A stretch of DNA of 62,514 nucleotides, the filler included, from Deltaproteobacteria bacterium (lineage in GTDB: Bacteria > JAEEML01), in NCBI GenBank assembly GCA_016283195.1. It is 3 parts of 3 records of this genome, joined end to end, with 100 filler letters (N's around TTAATTAATTAA, not from the genome) between each part and the next. Parts side by side here need not be neighbours in the genome. Positions count along the whole stretch, not along the records: positions 33,976 to 62,514 come from JAEEML010000076.1; 2 more parts are not named here. One strand, written 5' to 3'. The number at the start of each line of letters is the position of its first letter. Within the stretch, counting starts at the first letter, position 1. A program made the translations under genes and the position numbers. Of the stretch, positions 56,562 through 62,514 are shown in pieces. The notes under the pieces were generated by a model. The model searched no databases and was not told the origin of the DNA. It saw only the letters and a program-made list of their open reading frames with translations.

Positions 56562-59500
56562 TTTGTTGCTTATTTCTCTGCTTCTGGCCACAGCGCCGGT
56601 GGTTACCGCCGAGCCGCTGGGCAAAAACGAGGTTCCGCCGGAGCTCGCTCCCTGGATTAACTGGGTGCAATATAATAACCCATCCAGAAATTGCTACAGC
56701 AGCTCTTTGGCGCGCAACGAATGCACACTTTATAATTACCTGCGCCTGGACATCAGCGACAGCGGGGCAACTTTTGAACTTTCCGGCATCAATCTCAAAA
56801 TTGGAGTGGCCAGTGTCACTTTGCCGGCGCAAGTCGGAGAGCGCTTAGCCATCACTTCCGGCGCCAAAAATGTCACCAGCGATGAGGAAAACTGGTATGC
56901 CGTTGTGCCGAGTGGCCCTTTTGTCATCAGAGGCAAAATAAGTTGGGATACTCTGCCGGAAACACTCTATGTTCCGGAAAATATTGCTATTATTAACGCT
57001 ACTTATGCCGGGCGCCAGCTTATGCCGCTGGGCGATGACCCGGAATCACTTCTCATAAAGAGCCCCGTGCCGGTTAAAGCCGAAGCTACCGCTGAGCCGG
57101 CTAATCAGCCCAAAAAACGCCAGGAAGCGCGGATGCAGGTGCGGCGCCGGATAACTATGAACCGCCCGGTGGGGGTAAGCGCTCATTATATCTTCCGTTG
57201 CCCGGTGAAAGATGAGCTTTTGACACTCCCGCTTCCTGAGGACTTTTTATTGGAACAGGTGCTGGCATCCGGCCAGCTTATCCCCGCCAGTGAGGGTGCT
57301 CTTACTTATCGCTGCCCGGCTGGCCGCTCGGTGGTGGTGCTGGAAGGGCGCCTTTTAAGCGGCAAAAATATGCTGAAAGCGCTGCCCGATACCGGTAAAA
57401 CGCCGATTTTAGAAGATGATATTGTTGTTTTTACTCCCGATCAAAGACGCTGGGAGAGTGAAGTAAGCGTGAAAAAAGGCATGCAGGTTGAGGCCGCTAA
57501 TGTTTCGGAATTGCCCATTAACTGGCGCTCCAAACTGGCTACTGTCTGGCGCCTCGAACATGATGGTGAACTCAGCTGGACTGCCAAAGAAATTCACAAC
57601 AAAAATGCCGACAAAGCGATTATCTCTCTCGAACGGAACATGGTGGTTGCCGATGGAGGAGAAAGCTTTCATGTTAAAGATACTCTCTCTTTAACCAATA
57701 ATACTCTGCCCAGCCTCGCGCTCACCGAAAAATCATTTACCGTTTTGGGTATGCGGCGTAATTCCGCCGACGCGCTTATCTTTAAAAACGAAGCCGGCCT
57801 GCCAACAGCGGCTATGGAAAACAGTTCCGAACTATTAGAAAGCACTATGTGGTGGCAGGAAAAAACTGCCGGCTGGCGTCCGCAAGTGGTAAAAATACCG
57901 GCTGCCGGTTATAGCGAAAAGGTGCATAAAGGCTCGCTCAGCCTCAAACTGTTGCCCGGTTGGGTGCCGCTCGCTGCCTGGGGTGCCGAGGATTATTCCG
58001 GTGATTATATCCGCCAGCTCTCGCTCTATAATCTCCTGCTTGGTGTTTTGGCTTTTGTGCTGGTGTATCTGGGGGCCTGGCGCATCAAACGGCGCAATAT
58101 AAAAATTCTGATAGCTCTTGGGGCCATGATAGCCACCATTACTTCGCCCTGGTTGGATGATGGGCTGATTTTGCCCTGGTTCTGGTGCCTTAGCAGCTTC
58201 CTCATCATCAGCCTTTTGGGACACCTTGGTGCAGACCATCGCAAACTTAAAAAAGTTTCCACTATTTTGCTCTCAGTTATATCTGTTCCCTTTTTGATAA
58301 TGCTTATCGTCAGCTGGATGGGCCTGGTGCGTACCGCTCTGCATCCCACTTTGCCGGGAGGACATAGCGATTCAATCTCGATTGACTATTTTTCGAATTA
58401 TAAAAATGATTCCGCTGCCCAAAGTGCGCCTAGGATGGCCAAAGCAATGGCGGCGATGGATGAAGAAATGGAGTTTGCGGAAGAAGAAGCTGCGCCGATG
58501 GCCAAAAAAGAAGCACCAAGCCACAAAATGCAAAAAGAAAGTATAAAGAGAAAAGGTGTTTTATCTTCCCTGGCTGCAGGTAGTATGAGTAGCATGGTGG
58601 CCGATAATGATGCTCTTGCCGCGTCTGCCAAGGCGCAGCAAAAGAAAATCCGCCCGGTTGGTCTCTCGGCACCAAGGGTGGCCACCGGTAATAGGATCAC
58701 CATGTATTTTAATAGTCCTTTAAAAGAAGATAGCCGTTTCAGTGTGCTATTGGTGCCACCGTTTTGGCGGGGCGTAGCGCTCTTTCTCTATATATTCTTC
58801 TCGGTTATCGCCTTTTTGTCATTCTTTGGGGTGAGCATCTCTAAGCTGAAAAAAGTGCCGGTGGCCGCGCTAATCTTTTTAGCTCTCTTGCCGAATAGTG
58901 CGCTGGCAGCGGAAGGAAATTACCCACCGGCGGAATTTTTGCGCGATTTGGAAGTGCGCACCAGGCCGGCACGTTGTGAGGGCAGTTGCCAGCAAATAAG
59001 CGATTTTAATATCACGCTGAATAACGATCTCTCTTTTACCATGACCATGACAGCCAGTAGTGTCATCGGCGATTTGTTGCCTTTGCCCGGCCCCTGGTAT
59101 CTTTGGCAAGCCAAGGAAATTACCGTGCAGGGGCGCACGGCTGCCGGTATCAAAAACGATAGTTATATCTATGTGCTGGTGCCGGCCGGTGTTTCTACTA
59201 TTACTGTGCGCGGTAAAATGGCTCCCGATGCTGCTCCGCGTATTTCTTTCCCCATTTTTACCAGCGGCATTAGCTTGAAATCCGAGCGCTGGAGCCTGGA
59301 ACATAATGAGCAATATATGGAACCCGGGGTGGCTATCTCTCTGCTCTCCGCTGTCGAAGCCGAAGATACCAAAGTGGAGGAAGATGCTGAAGAAGTAGAT
59401 GAAGACATAGTGGTGCCGGATAATCAGGTGCCACTGGCTAAACGCATTGATATTGTAAGAAGAATCAATTTTAGTGACCCCAATAGTGTTAATACTGCGG

Positions 59501-60945
59501 TGTCGGCGCGGGGCCTTAGAAACGGCGATATTGTGGATATACCGCTTTTGCCCGGCGAAGTTGTTTCGGCTTATGCCGAGCAGATAAAAGAGGGTAAATT
59601 GCGTCTTGTGGCTGATGGGCCGACGCTGAACATCAGATTTAACGGTACTTTGCCGGCCGGCGAGTCGCTAACTTTGGCTGCTCCCGATTCGGCAAATTAT
59701 ATAGAAACCTGGTTTATCACCTGTGATACTTCCCGCGCTTGTGCTTTTTCCAAAGAGCCGCGCCCGGCTACTGCTCCGCAACCGGCCCATTTTGAGCCGA
59801 ATCCCGGCGAAAAACTGGTGGTCAGTGTTAAAGAGCGGGCAGTGCTGGCCGGTAACAACAGCGAAGGTAACTTTAGGCTTTATGTAACCAGCAGCCAGGG
59901 TTCTGCTAGCTATAATATTTATGGTACAATTCGCCTGGCGGCGATGGACAAAGTTACCTTGAAAATACCCGCTGAAGCCAGGGTGCAGAGCTTTAAAATT
60001 GATGACAACGACCACCCGGCGCGCCCGGAAAACGGCGAGCTTACCTTCCTTTTGGGGCAGGGGATAAGCAGCATTGATCTTAAATATAATATCGACGGTG
60101 AGCCCAGTTTATTTACCAGATTTGCCCCGGTGAGTGCTTCCATACCGCTGGTTAATACCACTATTAGCTATAATACTCCTTCGCGGCGGGTTGTTTTGGC
60201 CTCTTTGGGCTCGGCCGAACATCACCCGGTGGTACTCTATTGGTCGGTCTTTATGGCCCATTTGCTCCTGGCACTCCTAGTCTTTTTCTTCTGCCGCTTC
60301 TTGTTGCCAGATGTGCCTATGAAGCTTTATCAGTGGATATTGCTTTTGGTGCCTCTCGCTTCCATCAGTAGCTATATGCTTTTAGCACTCATTATTCCCA
60401 TGCTGCTTTTGGCTCTGCCGCTTAAAGCCAAAGCCCAGCCGCGCTGGGGGCGCTTCTTGGGGCTCATTGCCATTTTGTTGGCTTTAATCTCTGCTTTGGT
60501 AGGAGCCAGTGGGGCGGCGCTTCTCAGCGCCCCGGATATGAGCATACATAATTCGGTTTACGGCAATGATATGACTTGGCTCATCGGCTATTTGCCGGCC
60601 GGCCAGGCTATCGAGGGTTTTGGGGCCTTCTCCATTCCGATATGGCTCTGGAAGTGTTTGCAATTTATCTGGTGCTTGTGGTTAATATGGCTCTGCAAAG
60701 GCTGGTACCCCTTGGTAGCCAGCCGCTTTGTCGCCGCCTTGCATAGAGACAAAGATGCCCCAAAGGCGGCGGCCAAAGCTGATAAACCGGCCGAAAAGAA
60801 AGCTGATGCCGAGCCCAAAGCGGCGGCAGAGTCGGCGCAGCCGGCGCCGGCTGGCGAGAAAAAGCCGGAAAAACCAGAAGAAAAGAAAGGTGATACCCAG
60901 CCCAAAAACAAGGCGCAGCAAGCACCTAAGGGCGGGAAAAAATAA
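56554..60945 (+). CDS. Large multi-domain membrane protein (two extracytoplasmic modules, each followed by a TM bundle)
   Basis: 1463-aa ORF; signal peptide; VPPELAPW and YPPAEFL module starts; TM clusters in the middle and at the C-terminus. Confidence 0.8.
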   Translation: MSSLLLISLLLATAPVVTAEPLGKNEVPPELAPWINWVQYNNPSRNCYSSSLARNECTLYNYLRLDISDSGATFELSGINLKIGVASVTLPAQVGERLAITSGAKNVTSDEENWYAVVPSGPFVIRGKISWDTLPETLYVPENIAIINATYAGRQLMPLGDDPESLLIKSPVPVKAEATAEPANQPKKRQEARMQVRRRITMNRPVGVSAHYIFRCPVKDELLTLPLPEDFLLEQVLASGQLIPASEGALTYRCPAGRSVVVLEGRLLSGKNMLKALPDTGKTPILEDDIVVFTPDQRRWESEVSVKKGMQVEAANVSELPINWRSKLATVWRLEHDGELSWTAKEIHNKNADKAIISLERNMVVADGGESFHVKDTLSLTNNTLPSLALTEKSFTVLGMRRNSADALIFKNEAGLPTAAMENSSELLESTMWWQEKTAGWRPQVVKIPAAGYSEKVHKGSLSLKLLPGWVPLAAWGAEDYSGDYIRQLSLYNLLLGVLAFVLVYLGAWRIKRRNIKILIALGAMIATITSPWLDDGLILPWFWCLSSFLIISLLGHLGADHRKLKKVSTILLSVISVPFLIMLIVSWMGLVRTALHPTLPGGHSDSISIDYFSNYKNDSAAQSAPRMAKAMAAMDEEMEFAEEEAAPMAKKEAPSHKMQKESIKRKGVLSSLAAGSMSSMVADNDALAASAKAQQKKIRPVGLSAPRVATGNRITMYFNSPLKEDSRFSVLLVPPFWRGVALFLYIFFSVIAFLSFFGVSISKLKKVPVAALIFLALLPNSALAAEGNYPPAEFLRDLEVRTRPARCEGSCQQISDFNITLNNDLSFTMTMTASSVIGDLLPLPGPWYLWQAKEITVQGRTAAGIKNDSYIYVLVPAGVSTITVRGKMAPDAAPRISFPIFTSGISLKSERWSLEHNEQYMEPGVAISLLSAVEAEDTKVEEDAEEVDEDIVVPDNQVPLAKRIDIVRRINFSDPNSVNTAVSARGLRNGDIVDIPLLPGEVVSAYAEQIKEGKLRLVADGPTLNIRFNGTLPAGESLTLAAPDSANYIETWFITCDTSRACAFSKEPRPATAPQPAHFEPNPGEKLVVSVKERAVLAGNNSEGNFRLYVTSSQGSASYNIYGTIRLAAMDKVTLKIPAEARVQSFKIDDNDHPARPENGELTFLLGQGISSIDLKYNIDGEPSLFTRFAPVSASIPLVNTTISYNTPSRRVVLASLGSAEHHPVVLYWSVFMAHLLLALLVFFFCRFLLPDVPMKLYQWILLLVPLASISSYMLLALIIPMLLLALPLKAKAQPRWGRFLGLIAILLALISALVGASGAALLSAPDMSIHNSVYGNDMTWLIGYLPAGQAIEGFGAFSIPIWLWKCLQFIWCLWLIWLCKGWYPLVASRFVAALHRDKDAPKAAAKADKPAEKKADAEPKAAAESAQPAPAGEKKPEKPEEKKGDTQPKNKAQQAPKGGKK

Positions 60946-60953
60946 AATAATTC

Positions 60954-61700
60954 ATGTCTTATACTTCTCCTTGGCTCTGGCAGCCTGTGCCTGATGCCAC
61001 AAAGTCCCCATTAATGGTTATTATCCCCTGCGCCGGCAGCGCCGCCCAGACATACCGTGCCCTGGCCCGGGCGCTCTCAGAACGCTTTGATGTAGCTATA
61101 GTGCAGCGCCCGGGCCGCATGGAGCGGCGCCAGGAAAAGGCCATCACGGCGATGCAGGATCTCCTGGCGCCGCTAGCTCAGGCGGTGAACGGACTTGCCG
61201 GGGGGCGGCCAGTGCTGCTCGGCGGCCACAGTCTCGGGGCACTTATTGCCTATGAATTGGCCGCCGGGCAGCACATCCCGGCTTTAGCCGGGATAGTGGC
61301 CATGGCCATGGCCGCCCCCAGCGCGCTCACACCTGTTACACACTCTTATAAAACCATGGACGACCGTGAGTTCGCCGCCTATATGGCCACCAATTATCAT
61401 GGCATACCGGAGCGCCTCTTGGCAGAGCCGGCTCTTTTGTCGCTCTTTTTGCCGGCTCTTAGGGCCGATATGGTGATGTTTGAGGACTACCGGCCGGAGA
61501 GCATTAAAAAGCTCTCTATTCCCATCTTGGCGCTCTCCGGCGGAGAGGACGACCTGGCGCCCGCCGCCTCTATGCGCCCCTGGGCCGAAGTGGCGGGCGC
61601 CGGCTTTAACCATGAGATTATTGCCGGTGACCACTTCTTCCCAACCAAATCTCCAGCAGAAGTTGCCGGAATTATAAAAAAATTCGCTGCTGTAACCTAA
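60954..61700 (+). CDS. Type II thioesterase (GrsT-like alpha/beta hydrolase)
   Basis: PCAGS, PGRMER, GHSLG, PALRAD and GDHFF motifs. Confidence 0.9.
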   Translation: MSYTSPWLWQPVPDATKSPLMVIIPCAGSAAQTYRALARALSERFDVAIVQRPGRMERRQEKAITAMQDLLAPLAQAVNGLAGGRPVLLGGHSLGALIAYELAAGQHIPALAGIVAMAMAAPSALTPVTHSYKTMDDREFAAYMATNYHGIPERLLAEPALLSLFLPALRADMVMFEDYRPESIKKLSIPILALSGGEDDLAPAASMRPWAEVAGAGFNHEIIAGDHFFPTKSPAEVAGIIKKFAAVT

Positions 61701-61736
61701 GCGGTGGGGCGGGGAAGGGCTATGTGATGGGGTAGC

Positions 61737-61801
61737 CCTCACCCCACGAGCAGTGGAAAACATAGCATCTCGCCCTCTCCATTTTTACAAATAGAGAGGG
61801 C
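61737..61801 (-). repeat. REP-like palindromic element, copy B
   Basis: CCTCACCCCAC...GCCCTCTCCATTT TTAC AAATAGAGAGGGC; inverted match to 12583-12647. Confidence 0.85.
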
Positions 61802-61917
61802 TCAATTATCTGAATTTATATGTGCTTCTAAAATATCACTGAGCTTTGGCTTGATGCCCGGGCTCGGTGGTTATTTGCCTTCGAGGGTGGCGATCTCTTC
61901 TGGGGCAGGCTATATCT

Positions 61918-62514
61918 TTACTTGTCATCGCCTTTTAAGTATTTCTCGGTTTGCCGGTCAAATTCCGAAATATACTCCCGATCCTGCCGGATTCTGAATT
62001 GTTCATATTCCTGATTGGCTTTGGCGATCGCCTGCTCATGGGATACGCTCCCTTTACCCTCTAAAATCTGGCGGCGGTTGTTTTTCAGAAACGTATCTGT
62101 TTGATTCACCCAATCTTGCATACTCATCAGAATGCCGTCCTCAGCCATAAGTTCGGCATAATCAATAAACATGGTCACCAATCTGTTGAGACGCTGCAAT
62201 TCTTTTTCACTTAGATAGTTTTTGGCGATGCCAACATCTTTCTTGTATATCTTTCCATCCGGCGCATCTTTCCAGGTGGTTAAGCCCATGGTTGGTTTTG
62301 AGGCATCTGCGCGGGTATAAACAATTTCTGCGGCAGTCTGCCCGGCCACGGCATAATGCAGTTTGTTCTGCACAAAAGCATAAAAATCCCGGGTGATATC
62401 GCTATTTTTATCGTAATCATAGCTGCACTGTTCAAAAATATCAGTAATTTTTTGATAGGCCCGCCGCTCACTGGCCCGGATCTCGCGGATCCGTTCCAGC
62501 AATTCATCAAAATA
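61918..62514 (-). CDS. RhuM-family protein (5'-partial)
   Basis: YFDELLERIREIRASERR, VQNKLHYA, TAAE, MGLTTW and AKNYL motifs. Confidence 0.9.
   Translation of the reverse strand, partial: YFDELLERIREIRASERRAYQKITDIFEQCSYDYDKNSDITRDFYAFVQNKLHYAVAGQTAAEIVYTRADASKPTMGLTTWKDAPDGKIYKKDVGIAKNYLSEKELQRLNRLVTMFIDYAELMAEDGILMSMQDWVNQTDTFLKNNRRQILEGKGSVSHEQAIAKANQEYEQFRIRQDREYISEFDRQTEKYLKGDDK

Overview
The window is three contigs joined by two artificial 100-nt spacers (N44-TTAATTAATTAA-N44 at 10709-10808 and 33876-33975), so gene neighbourhoods across those points are not evidence of linkage. Gene content suggests a Myxococcota/Bradymonadales-like deltaproteobacterium, possibly from an anaerobic gut (inference). 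It carries about 12 lipoproteins, several Cys-rich repeat proteins, a TSP3/OmpA protein and a zinc-ribbon/TPR protein. Contig 1 holds an AAA+ ATPase gene flanked by a ~90-bp direct repeat, an McrBC-like pair, a FISUMP lipoprotein and a >1160-aa Cys-rich protein. Contig 2 holds rhlB (3' end), aat, fmt, def, lipoproteins, murJ, kamA, a defence islet (GmrSD-like gene, GNAT toxin-antitoxin-like pair, Fic remnant) and lspA-ACP-acyltransferase-deacetylase. Contig 3 holds a recD2-like 3' end, a GlpA-like oxidoreductase pair, mlaD, MaoC genes, yitT, ung, a nuoJKLMN-like block, rimO and others. The strongest candidate for a new system is the intact, translationally coupled nuoJKLMN-like operon, in which almost all charged residues needed for proton pumping appear to be replaced. 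Two lipoprotein genes also show short tandem repeats that could act as phase-variation switches. All calls come from reading the sequence by eye; no searches were run.
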